Assembly: GCA_965224085.1 (NCBI GenBank)
Contig: CBDCYI010000004.1
Location: 128,001 to 192,000 of the forward strand
Direction of reading: 5' to 3'
DNA from: Candidatus Marinacidobacterales bacterium
GTDB lineage: Bacteria > Acidobacteriota > Vicinamibacteria > Marinacidobacterales > SMYC01
Length of the DNA: 64,000 nt
Position numbers and translations under genes: made by a program. The notes below the pieces were generated by a model that saw only the letters and a program-made list of their open reading frames with translations, made no database searches and was not told the DNA's origin. Numbering within the stretch: position 1 is the first letter of the stretch; each line of letters begins with the position of its first letter. Below, one piece after another: positions 10,219 through 20,233 of the stretch.

Positions 10219-10849
10219 GGTAGTCCTCCCACATCTCGACGTAGATGGAGTCGCGCGCCGACCCGCGCTCGTCCCAAAGCTCCCGCGCGCCGAACCGCAC
10301 GGTGTAGACCTCTTGACGCCGTCCGCCGAGACTGATTCCGTTCTCGTCAGTATCTTGCAGGCCGAACACCCCTCGCTGCTTGAACACCGTTCCTCTTTTG
10401 CCTCGGGTGTAGCGCGGCAGGCGGGTGTGACCGCGGGGATGGAGGTTCCGGACGCGCACCGGATCTCCAGGACGAAATCGCGGACTCGGGTCGTTCTCGC
10501 GCGCCGCTCCGTCGTTGGGAACTGCGGGAAAGAGCTCGGGCGGGGGCCGATTCGGATCGGCCGTTCCCCTTTGAAGCTCCTCGGGCGTCACGAGCTCGGC
10601 CCGGAGCAGACGGGTCGTGAGCATCGCGAACCATTTCTCGTAGTAAGACATGCGAAGGTACTCGGCAGCGGGAATGCTTTCGATCGCCCACCTAAAGCCG
10701 ACCCAGGTCCGGCCGCGGCCCCAGCGCCCGACCCCGCGCAGCATGGCGTAGACCCGGCGCTCCCACGGCTCATGAAACACCGGCTCGTGCGCCTCCCGCT
10801 CGATCGGCCCCATGCCGTCCATCCCGCCCATGTCGTGGATGCCGTTCAT
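10205..10849 (-). CDS. nthB: Nitrile hydratase subunit beta
   Basis: [31 protein letters not shown]. Confidence 0.95.
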   Translation of the reverse strand: MNGIHDMGGMDGMGPIEREAHEPVFHEPWERRVYAMLRGVGRWGRGRTWVGFRWAIESIPAAEYLRMSYYEKWFAMLTTRLLRAELVTPEELQRGTADPNRPPPELFPAVPNDGAARENDPSPRFRPGDPVRVRNLHPRGHTRLPRYTRGKRGTVFKQRGVFGLQDTDENGISLGGRRQEVYTVRFGARELWDERGSARDSIYVEMWEDYLEPV

Positions 10850-11589
10850 GAGTCGTCTCCTCTTCGAGGCGCTTCGAGTTGCGCCACTCCAATCATCGAG
10901 TCGCGCGAGACGATCTCGACGAGTTCTTCTTCGGTCATGCCCTCGGTGCCGGGCGGCCGTTCCGGCAGAACCATGTAGCGGAGCTCCGCAGTACTGTCCC
11001 AGACTCGGATCTCCACGTCGTCCTCGAGCGCGACCCCAAACTCCTCGAGTACCCTACGTGGATCGATCACCGCACGCGAACGATAGGGCGCAGACTTGTA
11101 CCAAACCGGTGGGAGACCCAGCGTAGACCATGGATAGCACGAGCACAGCGTGCAGACCACGAGATTGTGAACTTTGGGCTCGTTCTCGACCACTTCCAGA
11201 TGCTCTTGCTGGGGCCCTTCGAAACCGAACTCGGCGATGGCCTCGCTGGGCCGCTCGAGAAGCCGACGTTTGTACACGGGATCGACCCACGCGCGGGCAA
11301 CGACGCGGGCGCCGTTTCGCGGACCGACTTTGTTCTCGTACATATCGACGATCGCATCGAGCTCCGCCGGGTCGACCATATCTTTTTCGACCAACACGGT
11401 TTCGAGCGCTCTGACGCGCAGCGCAATGTCGGCAGGCACGACCTGATGCTCGTGATCGTGCTCCTGTTTTTGGGATGCGTCTTGCTCAGCGGAGGCGTCG
11501 TCTGTTTTTCCGACCATCGCCGCAGCCGTCGCCGCCGCACCGGTCAGAAACTTCCGTCGCCCCACGGAACCTTTCTCGTTCGTGGCCAT
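10846..11589 (-). CDS. nthA: Cobalt-type nitrile hydratase subunit alpha with Tat-like N-terminal extension
   Basis: [10 protein letters not shown] metal motif (Thr/Tyr indicates Co type). N-terminus contains GRRKFL. GGAG RBS upstream. Confidence 0.95.
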   Translation of the reverse strand: MATNEKGSVGRRKFLTGAAATAAAMVGKTDDASAEQDASQKQEHDHEHQVVPADIALRVRALETVLVEKDMVDPAELDAIVDMYENKVGPRNGARVVARAWVDPVYKRRLLERPSEAIAEFGFEGPQQEHLEVVENEPKVHNLVVCTLCSCYPWSTLGLPPVWYKSAPYRSRAVIDPRRVLEEFGVALEDDVEIRVWDSTAELRYMVLPERPPGTEGMTEEELVEIVSRDSMIGVAQLEAPRRGDDS

Positions 11590-11829
11590 TTCGGATGCTC
11601 CCCGGTTCGGTTCGGATTATACCTTCCACGCGCATTCCTAGGTGATCGAGATGACGCATTGCTCGAGTCCTTCCGATTCGGACGCGTAGCGCTGGAACGT
11701 GAGCCGCGCCAACTCGCCGCCGGGCGGCATGAATGCCTGCTCCGCCAACATGCGCTCGACATAGTTTGCCCGGTAGGTCACGTACGTTCTGTTGGGTTCT
11801 CTACGTTTGGCACCAAGTTGGCACCAAGC

Positions 11830-13045
11830 ACTGGGCGATGATGACAAGGTCCTCGAGAATCATATCGAAGCGCTTCGTGTTCGCGAGGAGATCGGGCAGC
11901 GGCAAGCTCAATGTACCAGCCTCATCAACCTCGGGAGGCTATACCTACGTAGGATGGAGGTCGACAAAGTTCTCGCAGTGCTCGAGCGATCGCTCGCGAT
12001 CGCCTGCGCCATCCAGTCGAGACCGAAAATCTATCAATCCCATCAAGCTCTTTCCGAGGCCCACGAGCTCCTTGGCGACACTGCGGAGGCACTCAAGCAT
12101 CACCGCGAGTTCCAACGGGTCAAGGAAGACGTGTTCAGCAATGACGCGAGAGCCCGCTTGAAGAATCTTCAAACCGGCTTCGAAGTGGAGAAGGCCGAGA
12201 CGGAAGCCGAGATCGCGCGGCTGAGAAACGTGGCGCTGAAGGACACGAACGAGCAATTGGAGAAACTACTGGAGGAGTTGCGGCCTACCCAGGCCCAGCT
12301 CGTTCACTCGGAGAAAATGGCCGCCCTCGGAAAATTGGTGGCGGGAATCGTTCATGAGCTGAATAGCCCAATCGGGGCGATACGTACCGCCAATGATGTG
12401 ATCTCTCGACGTATCGGCAAGCTCCAGGGCATCTTCGAAACGACGGACCGGCTCGATGAGTCGCAGACCCGTACCATGCGAAGCGCGTTCGGGCTCGTAG
12501 ACGGCGATACGGACGTGATCGCCAGCGCGGCGGCGCGTGTCACGACGCTCGTGCGGAGTCTCAAGAACTTCGCCCGTTTGGACGAGTCCGAGTTTCAACG
12601 TGCCGACATTCGCGAAGGTATCGATAGTGCGCTCGACCTATTGAGCGGTGAGCTCGAAGGCCGTGTGGCAGTGATCCGAGCGTACGACGATGTCCCCAAG
12701 ATCCTGTGCTACCCCGGCGAACTGAACCAAGTATTCCTCACTCTTTTGACCAACGCCGCGGAGGCCATCGAAGGCGAAGGCACCATCCGAATCCACGCCG
12801 GCCAAGAGGAAGATTCGGTCTACGTTCGTATTGCCGACGACGGGATAGGCATCCCCGCAGAAAGGCTCGAACGACTCTTCGAGTTCGATTTCACTGCAAC
12901 CGGCTCGCGAATCAAAATGGGCGCTGGATTGGTGATCGCGCGCAACATCATCCACAAGCACCGCGGCGACATCGACGTGCAAAGCCAGGCGGGAGTTGGC
13001 AGCACTTTTGCCATTCGTCTCCCCAAGACTCCGCCCGAAGCGTAA
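11830..13045 (+). pseudogene. TPR-containing sensor histidine kinase, 5'-truncated
   Basis: H-box LVAGIVHELNSP, N-box LLTNA, G1 DDGIG, GSTF. No credible start codon; begins at a tandem-repeat junction. Confidence 0.75.
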
Positions 13046-13125
13046 CTGCCGGACTTAGCCCACGACCTCCCAAAACACGCGCGCTTCCCCGTGAGCCTTT
13101 CCCGATTGCAGTGTGGTGGGAAGTG

Positions 13126-13703
13126 TCATGGGTGGGTCGCTCGAAGGGCTGACACGAAGTCGTAGTCTTCGAAGCGAGGTTTGCGCATCTCCTGATGGAA
13201 GCGTCGCGCACTCCAGGGCCACAAGGTAGGGACGCCATCCTCGTCGAGGTACCAGCTGTTGCATCCCGTCACCCAGACGGTGCCTTCCATCGCTTCGAGC
13301 AGACCCCTGTGAAAGGCCTCAGTCGCCTTGCGCGTTGGCACGAGCGCCATTTCTTCTGCTGCCAGGATCTTCTCGAGGCACCGCATGATGTAAGAGGCCT
13401 GCGTCTCGGATACGTCGATCACGGACATGTTCCCGATCGAGCTGTTCGGTCCGCACATCATGAAGAAATTCGGGAACCCGGGAATCGTGATCGAGCGATA
13501 GGTACGCGTTCCGTTCGCCCACGCCTCCTTCAGGGTCGAGCCGTCGGCGCCCACGACCTGATCGACCCCCCACTCATGCGCGTGAAAGCCCGTGGCCAGC
13601 ACGAGCACATCCAGCTCGTATAGCGTTCCATCTGCCGTCACGATACCCCGCGGTTCGACACGCTCGATGGGGTCGACGACGAGTCGACGTTGTTTCGCTG
13701 CAT
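13126..13703 (-). pseudogene. Flavin-containing (Baeyer-Villiger-type) monooxygenase, C-terminal fragment
   Basis: DVLVLATGF, PGFPNFF, GCNSWY. The N-terminal Rossmann part is absent. Confidence 0.8.
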
Positions 13704-14926
13704 GGTTCGACGGCTCTGGCGACCTCGGTTCGCGGGTTCGCGCATGGGAGCGAGAGCAGTATGCGATCCACGTGCACGATCCGAACGACATCGAAGCGGC
13801 CGCGTTCTACGCGTTGTCGCATCTTTCGTCGGGTCTGTTCGCGAAAGACCCGTTGCAGCATCGGAGAGAGGCAGGCGCTCTTCTGGAAAAGCTGATGGAG
13901 CGCGCCCCGAAACACCCGGGTGCCATCCACTATTTGATTCACGCTTATGACGACACGGCCTTGGCGTCCCGCGGTGTCGACGCCGCACGAGCTTATGACG
14001 TCATTGCGCCTGACGCTCCCCACGCACTTCACATGCCTTCCCACATTTTCGTTCGCCTCGGGATGTGGGAGGAAGACGTCGCATGGAACCGTCGCTCGGC
14101 GGCCGCCGCGCTCCGCTTGCCCAAGATCGGCGGGCTCGTTTCGAATCACTACCCTCACGCCTTGGACTACCTCGTCCATGCGCTGCTGCAGCGCGGTGAG
14201 GACGAGGCCGCGCGCGCTGCCGCGGACGCGCTTGCAAACAATGGCGACTACGAGAGCGAACAAGGCGTCGCTTTCGCACTGGCGGCCGTGCCCGCGCGCG
14301 ACGCGCTCGAGAGACGGCGTTGGACCGAGGCCGCGGAGCTCCCCGTCCGTTCGCCCGATTCCTTTCCGTGGAACGACTATCCCGGGATCGAGGCGGTGAG
14401 CTGGCACGCACGCGGTCTGGGAGCGGCACGCTCCGGCCGGAGCGCCGTCGCGCGGGAGGCCATCGACGCCCTGGATACCCTCCACCAGCGGGTCGCGGGG
14501 CGCTCGTCGGAGTGTGACTGGGGCGGCAACATCGACGCGCAAGGAACCACGATCGCCGCGTGGCTCGCGTTCGACGACGACCCGTCCGCTGCGCTCGAGC
14601 AGATGAAGCGTGCCGCGGAGATCGAGAACGGCGAGCGAAGCTGCACCGGAGTGGAATGGATCATGACGGTTCCCGCGATCGAGCTCCTCGGCGACATGTA
14701 CGCGGAGCTCGAGAGTTGGGACGACGCCCTGCGGGTCTACGAAGAGGCCCTCGCACGACTGCCCAACCGGCACAACAGCTTGTACGGGGCCGGAAGGTCC
14801 GCGGAGGAAATCGGCGATTCGGAAAAAGCGCGTACTTACTATCGTCACCTTCTCGACATCGTCGGTGATGCGGGCGCTGATCGCGAGACCGTTCGCGCGG
14901 CGCGGAATGCACTTTCGCCGCGCTAG
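13697..14926 (+). pseudogene. TPR protein, 5'-truncated
   Basis: HPGAIHYLIHAYD and APHALHMPSHIF motifs. Abuts the monooxygenase fragment head-to-head. Confidence 0.7.
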
Positions 14927-15077
14927 TGGTTCGTCTCAGAGGTGATGTTAACGAGTAAGCGGTAGAGCTGGGCCGCAACCATAGGGGCGAATCTTTACTG
15001 GGTTAATCCCGAGTACGTTCGACTGTTCCCTTCAAAGAAATTTCGTCACTCGGGCGATTCCTATAGTCCTTGAAAAA

Positions 15078-15154
15078 TGGCGCGCCCTGGGCGATTCGAA
15101 CACCCGACCTACAGATTCGTAGTCTGTCGCTCTATCCAGCTGAGCTAAGGGCGC
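15078..15154 (-). tRNA. tRNA-Arg(ACG)
   Basis: GCGCCCTTAGCTCAGCTGGATAGAGC...ACAGA-CT-ACG-AA-TCTGT...GTTCGAATC...GGGCGCGCCA. Confidence 0.95.
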
Positions 15155-15177
15155 GTCATGCGGTAGGTGAGAGGGCG

Positions 15178-15206
15178 ATCCTAACAACACCGTCCGGGGG
15201 CGTCAA
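15178..15206 (-). promoter_or_regulatory. Sigma70-like promoter of tRNA-Arg
   Basis: TTGACG-17 bp-TAGGAT with extended TG. Confidence 0.6.
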
Positions 15207-15246
15207 GAGAGCTCGCGTCGACGTAGAATCTCCCAGGGGAGGAACC

Positions 15247-15690
15247 ATGCCGAAGCCATTGTTTTGGGTGGTCGCCGCTTTTGCGGTAGGAGTGTCGGTA
15301 AGCTCGCAGCAGGAGCGCTACGTCCCCTCGACCGACCAGCTCGTCGTGGAGCTTTTCGTCGATGACCTCGATCGCTCCATTGCCTTTTATCGCGACCTCG
15401 GTTTCCTATTCGCGCGGCGGGACGAGACGTTTGCCGAGCTCTCGTGGGAAGGCCACCTTTTCTTTCTCGATGCGACCCAGCCGTCGCCGGACGCCCACAC
15501 CACCGCTGGTAATCTCCGCATCATGGTCGCCGACGTAGACGCGCATTGGAAGCCGGTGCAGGGCTCGGGAGCGCGCGTGCTCAAGCCGATCGACGATCGT
15601 TATTACGGTCTGCGCGATTTCACGATCGCAGACCCCGATGGCTTCGGCATCCGCTTCGCGACGCGGCTCGAGGAACCTAAGGCGCCCTGA
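15247..15690 (+). CDS. VOC/glyoxalase family protein with predicted signal peptide
   Basis: DLDRSIAFYRDLGF and YYGLRDFTIADPDG. Confidence 0.85.
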   Translation: MPKPLFWVVAAFAVGVSVSSQQERYVPSTDQLVVELFVDDLDRSIAFYRDLGFLFARRDETFAELSWEGHLFFLDATQPSPDAHTTAGNLRIMVADVDAHWKPVQGSGARVLKPIDDRYYGLRDFTIADPDGFGIRFATRLEEPKAP

Positions 15691-16132
15691 TCGGGCGGAA
15701 GGCGAACGTTTGAACGCCTTCGTCTCCGTCGATTCGCGCGGTAAGGCTTCCGTCCTCGCCCAATCGGTAGCGGATGATCTTGGGATGGTCGTGCTCGGGG
15801 TTCTCGAACACGGCGCTTTCGCGTTCGAGCTTGGTGAGCTTGAAGTCCGTTCCCGCTCGCCCGTTCGGCTGAGCGACGTAGTAAACGCCCTCGGCGCGGA
15901 CTTCGATGCGTAGAAACTCGAACCCGACGGCTTTGTCACCGACCACCGTTCGGGAAACGCCGAGCATCATCCCGCCGGCCGCTTTTGTCCAGCGCTCCTC
16001 GATGACGGCTCGGCCCATCTCGCCGCGCCATCCTCCTGCGAGCCAGCTCAGTTCCGCAAGATCCTCCTGGGCGCCCGCTCGCCCACAAAGAATGAGACTG
16101 ATGACGCCAAGCGCGAGCCAAGGACCTTTCAT
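15677..16132 (-). CDS. DUF6265-like secreted protein
   Basis: LSWLAGGWRG and FENPEHDHPKIIRY; signal peptide. Confidence 0.75.
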   Translation of the reverse strand: MKGPWLALGVISLILCGRAGAQEDLAELSWLAGGWRGEMGRAVIEERWTKAAGGMMLGVSRTVVGDKAVGFEFLRIEVRAEGVYYVAQPNGRAGTDFKLTKLERESAVFENPEHDHPKIIRYRLGEDGSLTARIDGDEGVQTFAFRPIRAP

Positions 16133-17052
16133 GTCCCGACCTCCGGTTCGGTCATGCCTTCGGCCAAATAGGCGTAAGCCATTTGAGGTGTATTGAAGGC
16201 ATAACCAAGCTCGCCTTTGGAATCGACGAGGACGATACCGCCCCGTCCTTGCGTCCGCGACTCGAGCATGCGCACGGCTTGCTGAGCCGCTTCTGCGGGG
16301 CCGAGTCCCGATGTGATCGAATCGACCGCTCGCAGCGCCAACACGACCCGCAGGATCCCTTCCCCCCAACCCGTCGACGAGCCGGCCCCTCGGCGGTCAT
16401 CGGCATAGAGCCCAGCGCCTATGAGCGGTGAGTCCCCTACGCGTCCTGGAAGCTTCAGGAGCGATCCGCCCGTTGAAGTCGCGGCGGCGACGTGGCCGTG
16501 GGCATCGCAGGCCACAGCGCCAACAGTATCCGCGGGCCCTCCGACTTGGTCGAGTCCGCCTGACTTCGACACTTGCTTCGCTCTCTCGTAACGCTCCCGC
16601 TCGCGCTCCACGATGAGGGACTCGGGCGAGCATGTCGCGACCCCCCATTCTTCCGCGAAAGCCCGCGCGCCGTCCCCGACCAACATGACGTGGGGAGCGC
16701 TCTCCAGAATCTCGCGCGCGAGTGCTACCGCATGCACCACGCCGGTCACGCAAGCCACAGCCCCAGCCTTCAAATCCGCGCCGTTCATGATCGCTGCGTC
16801 AAGCAGTACTTCGCCCTCGGCGTTCAGGACGGCGCCGCGGCCCGCGTTGAAGGTCTCGTCGACCTCCATGTGCTCCACTGCTTTTTGGACCGCGTCGAGG
16901 GCGGAGCCGCCCGTGAGCAAGGTCTCGAATCCCGCCATGGAGGCTCGATGGACGCCTTTTTTGTGCGCCTCACGCTCGACTTTGGGAATCGCCCACGCCC
17001 CTCCATGGACGAAAATGGCCGGACGCGCTTTTCGTTTGGAAGGTCTGTCCAT
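16129..17052 (-). CDS. Isoaspartyl peptidase/L-asparaginase (Ntn hydrolase)
   Basis: VHGGAW, DTVGAVA, ATSTGG, GRVGDSP. Confidence 0.92.
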   Translation of the reverse strand: MDRPSKRKARPAIFVHGGAWAIPKVEREAHKKGVHRASMAGFETLLTGGSALDAVQKAVEHMEVDETFNAGRGAVLNAEGEVLLDAAIMNGADLKAGAVACVTGVVHAVALAREILESAPHVMLVGDGARAFAEEWGVATCSPESLIVERERERYERAKQVSKSGGLDQVGGPADTVGAVACDAHGHVAAATSTGGSLLKLPGRVGDSPLIGAGLYADDRRGAGSSTGWGEGILRVVLALRAVDSITSGLGPAEAAQQAVRMLESRTQGRGGIVLVDSKGELGYAFNTPQMAYAYLAEGMTEPEVGT

Positions 17053-17101
17053 CCTCTGCTCACCCAAGAAGACACGCCGCTCGAAGGTAACGATAGTGGC
17101 T

Positions 17102-17177
17102 TGGTAGCGCTACGGGGATTCGAACCCCGGTTTGATGGCTGAGAACCACCCGTCCTAGTCCCCTAGACGATAGCGCC
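17102..17177 (-). tRNA. tRNA-Glu(CTC)
   Basis: GGCGCTATCGTCTAGGGG...GGTGG-TT-CTC-AG-CCATC...GTTCGAATCCCCGTAGCGCTACCA. Confidence 0.95.
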
Positions 17178-17199
17178 ACTGCCAAGCAGTACGAAAAAA

Positions 17200-17228
17200 A
17201 AATTAGCACAGGGGCACGGAGCTGTCAA
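17200..17228 (-). promoter_or_regulatory. Sigma70-like promoter of tRNA-Glu
   Basis: TTGACA-17 bp-TAATTT with extended TG. Confidence 0.65.
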
Positions 17229-17343
17229 TTTAGTCGGGCCCGCGTCACGGTCGCAAAAGTCACTCAAGATGCTAAGATAAAGGCCAACACCAACAATTCG
17301 GTGAGTTTCTTCCCAGGGGCATCCCTCTGGCGGCCTCGACTCG

Positions 17344-20196
17344 ATGCTAGACGATCTTCGCAAACGTTTCGGTAGCCTCATTTCCGGTAGGGTCTCGGTA
17401 GTCGAGGAAGAGCTCGCCGACGGGCCACGAGAGCTCTCGCCCCAACAAGGGCAAAAGAAACGCGCGGTCGAAGCCCTCCTTCTGGCACGGCGCGAGTCCC
17501 AGAAACGGGAAGCGCGGCTCATCCTCACCGAGCGGATCCATAACCGCGCCGCCATGCTGCTGAACGAGATTCGCACCGACTTGCTGCAGAGGGTCCACGG
17601 GCGGATCGAAGAGGAGAATCAAAGCGAATCGTTGCACAATCTTCTAGAGGTAACGCTCGATCCCGCCTTCACAACCCGTCTCGATGCCGAGATCGACGAG
17701 CTAACGAAAAAGCTGCTCGAGACGATGAAGTCAGAGCTGGCCGGCGAGCCCGACGCCGCGCAGTTGTTCCCTAAGCCCGATGCCTTCATCACAGAGCTCC
17801 GGAAGTATCGAGACGACATCCTCCGCAAGCATCTTCTCCAGCAGATCGAAGTTCTAGCCCTCCCCACTTCGGCGCAAGCACTCCCTCTCGAGCCCGGCGA
17901 CGCGCAAGTGCTGATGGAGCGGATCGCCGAATGTTGGACGAGCTGCCGCGACGCGCTGGACAAATTCTTTCGCTCTGTCGAGATGGTGCTTCTTTCTGGC
18001 GCTAGAAGCGAGATTCGGCTTGAACCCGATCTCATTCGGAGCCGGCTGGTCGCCGCGCAATATCGCAACGGCTACCAGGTGCTCGACGAACGGTTCCGGC
18101 GCCTTTTCGGCGAGGCCGCCCAGCTCCAGACGAGCACGGAGCCAACGGACAACGAACGTGCGGCGCTCGACGGACGTGTCGTTAACGAGGTCATCGTCCC
18201 ATTGGCCTACTTCATCAGGGAGCGTCGCGAGCCCGAGCCGCGGGAAGCCCTCGCGAGCCGCGCAGAGCTTTTCCGCGATATCGTCGACAAAGTCGTCGCG
18301 GTACCGGATCCGATGAATCAGACCGCCGAAGCGGTCAAACCGCTGCTTCGAAAAAGCGTGGCGCATGCGCGCCCGCTTCTGCAGGACTATTCCTACCTGC
18401 GTACCGTTTTTGAAAGCTTGAATCCCGCCGCCATCCATCGCACGACGGCCCTGCTGAAAGTGTTCGAGACTCTGGTGCAGTCCGAGCTCGATGAAGATTC
18501 TCTCGAGTCCCTCGAGAACGTCATCCGTTTGAATCGTGCTCAGTACCGACTGCTCCAGCACCTAGAAGGTGATTACGATGCGAGTTTGCGGCGTCTACAG
18601 CCTCTCGACCGCGTCGATGACGAAAGCGCCGCTGTGATCGCGAAGGCCATCGAGGAGTCCGCACCCCCCGCGGAGCTCTTGGAAGACGTTTTTACCGTGC
18701 TCGGATATTTAACGCTGCCTGACGCCGTGCCCGAGAAACAAACGCAACTTTTGCGTCGTATTGCAACGTTCGCGCTCACCCCCGAGGAGCTCGGCTCGCA
18801 ATACGCACTCTACCGGGACAAAACGACATCGACCGAGGACCGTGCCCGCATCGCGCAAGCACTCTTCGAACGCCTCGGGCCAAGCGCCCTCGGACATGAC
18901 GAACGCCAGGCGCGCCTCCGGGCAACCCCTCTGCCGATCGATCTAGCAAAAGCGCTCATGGCCATCGGCTACCGGCCCGACGACAAGGATCGGCTAACGG
19001 CATTCAAAGAGGAAGTGCGTAGCGCCGTCGAAGACGGCGACACTTCCAAGCTGGCCAAGGCGGTACGGGACATCGAAGAGTTGAAAAAGGCGGTCGAGCG
19101 CGAGCGCATCCAGCTCGGCGCAACCGGCACCAACGGCGACCCCTATTTCGTAGAGATCTGGCTCACGGAGTCGGGTGCCATGGTCGGGCTGATTTTCTTT
19201 CAGGAAAAGGGCTTCGGACCGAGTCCAGTCGAGACCGTGAAGCTCAATCCGGACAAAGGCAACCGCAAAGAGGCCGAAAAAAAGCTCAGGCGCCAGCTCA
19301 AGAATCAAGCTCTAATCTATCGGACGTTTTATACGTTGTTCGCGCACGACCAGCTTCTCCACAAAGACCAGCGGCGAACGCTCCCTTCTTTCGTCAAGAA
19401 ACTCTTCGAGCCCGTCGTGCCCAACCGCCATCTCCTGCTGTCGCGCATGCGTTACGCCAAAGAGCTCGTGGAGCTCATAGATTCGTTCGTCGAGCTCATC
19501 GTGAACAGCGAGACTTCAGCGGCCAGGGAGGGCAAAGCCGCACGCCAGGTTCTCGGCGGGATCTCCAAGAAACTGACCGAGCTCGTCGCGTCGACGGAGA
19601 AAGCTCGGGACCATGCAAAACTTTCCCGAATCTTGAAAGAGTACGACCGAGCGCTCAAGTATCTGAACACTGCCGTAATCCACTCGGTGAACCCGTGGCT
19701 CGAGCGGCAAACCGCGGAGCTATCGACCGAGTTCGAGTTTCGCAAGAACGAAGTGCTCGAGGCGGTGCGCGAGCACACAGCGCATCACGGCATCGACTGG
19801 GAGCGCGACGTCGAAAGCTTCGAGGCGCACGGTATTCGAGGGACGTTAGGCTGCCGTTCGCTCATGCGTCTATCGGATGGATCGTCGAAAGTCGTCCTCC
19901 TAAGCTATCACCGGCAGCGCCAAGCGTGGCAGGTACGCCATCTCGGGCCACGCGTCACTGACGTCGTGCGCGACGCGCTCCGGGCAAAGGGCAAGAGCCT
20001 TCCCGACGACTACGACGAGAAGCGTGAGCAGCCCACGTTCAGCCTCGATGAGCAGTCTTGTCGGTTCTTCATGCTCAAGCGCGAAGTCACGCGAGTGGAG
20101 GCCACGCTCGTGCTGGATGGAAGCCGCCACGAGAACCCATGGGATGTCGTTTTTCTAAAATACAACGACGAGGTTCTGGTGGATCGTAGTACATAG
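17344..20196 (+). CDS. Large hypothetical protein (950 aa), charged and helical-looking
   Basis: Long uninterrupted ORF with protein-like composition; no motif recognised. Confidence 0.8.
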   Translation: MLDDLRKRFGSLISGRVSVVEEELADGPRELSPQQGQKKRAVEALLLARRESQKREARLILTERIHNRAAMLLNEIRTDLLQRVHGRIEEENQSESLHNLLEVTLDPAFTTRLDAEIDELTKKLLETMKSELAGEPDAAQLFPKPDAFITELRKYRDDILRKHLLQQIEVLALPTSAQALPLEPGDAQVLMERIAECWTSCRDALDKFFRSVEMVLLSGARSEIRLEPDLIRSRLVAAQYRNGYQVLDERFRRLFGEAAQLQTSTEPTDNERAALDGRVVNEVIVPLAYFIRERREPEPREALASRAELFRDIVDKVVAVPDPMNQTAEAVKPLLRKSVAHARPLLQDYSYLRTVFESLNPAAIHRTTALLKVFETLVQSELDEDSLESLENVIRLNRAQYRLLQHLEGDYDASLRRLQPLDRVDDESAAVIAKAIEESAPPAELLEDVFTVLGYLTLPDAVPEKQTQLLRRIATFALTPEELGSQYALYRDKTTSTEDRARIAQALFERLGPSALGHDERQARLRATPLPIDLAKALMAIGYRPDDKDRLTAFKEEVRSAVEDGDTSKLAKAVRDIEELKKAVERERIQLGATGTNGDPYFVEIWLTESGAMVGLIFFQEKGFGPSPVETVKLNPDKGNRKEAEKKLRRQLKNQALIYRTFYTLFAHDQLLHKDQRRTLPSFVKKLFEPVVPNRHLLLSRMRYAKELVELIDSFVELIVNSETSAAREGKAARQVLGGISKKLTELVASTEKARDHAKLSRILKEYDRALKYLNTAVIHSVNPWLERQTAELSTEFEFRKNEVLEAVREHTAHHGIDWERDVESFEAHGIRGTLGCRSLMRLSDGSSKVVLLSYHRQRQAWQVRHLGPRVTDVVRDALRAKGKSLPDDYDEKREQPTFSLDEQSCRFFMLKREVTRVEATLVLDGSRHENPWDVVFLKYNDEVLVDRST

Positions 20197-20233
20197 CGTT
20201 GCTTGACGACACCTTCCTGGCTTAAGATCCGTC

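Noticed and set aside
17155-17164. CTAGTCCCCT shared between tRNA-Glu and the MITE terminus
   Set aside because: A 10-bp match in the tRNA D-arm region with no extension; likely chance.
14927-17177. Integrative island at tRNA-Arg or tRNA-Glu
   Set aside because: No integrase gene and no duplicated tRNA 3' end were found in the window.
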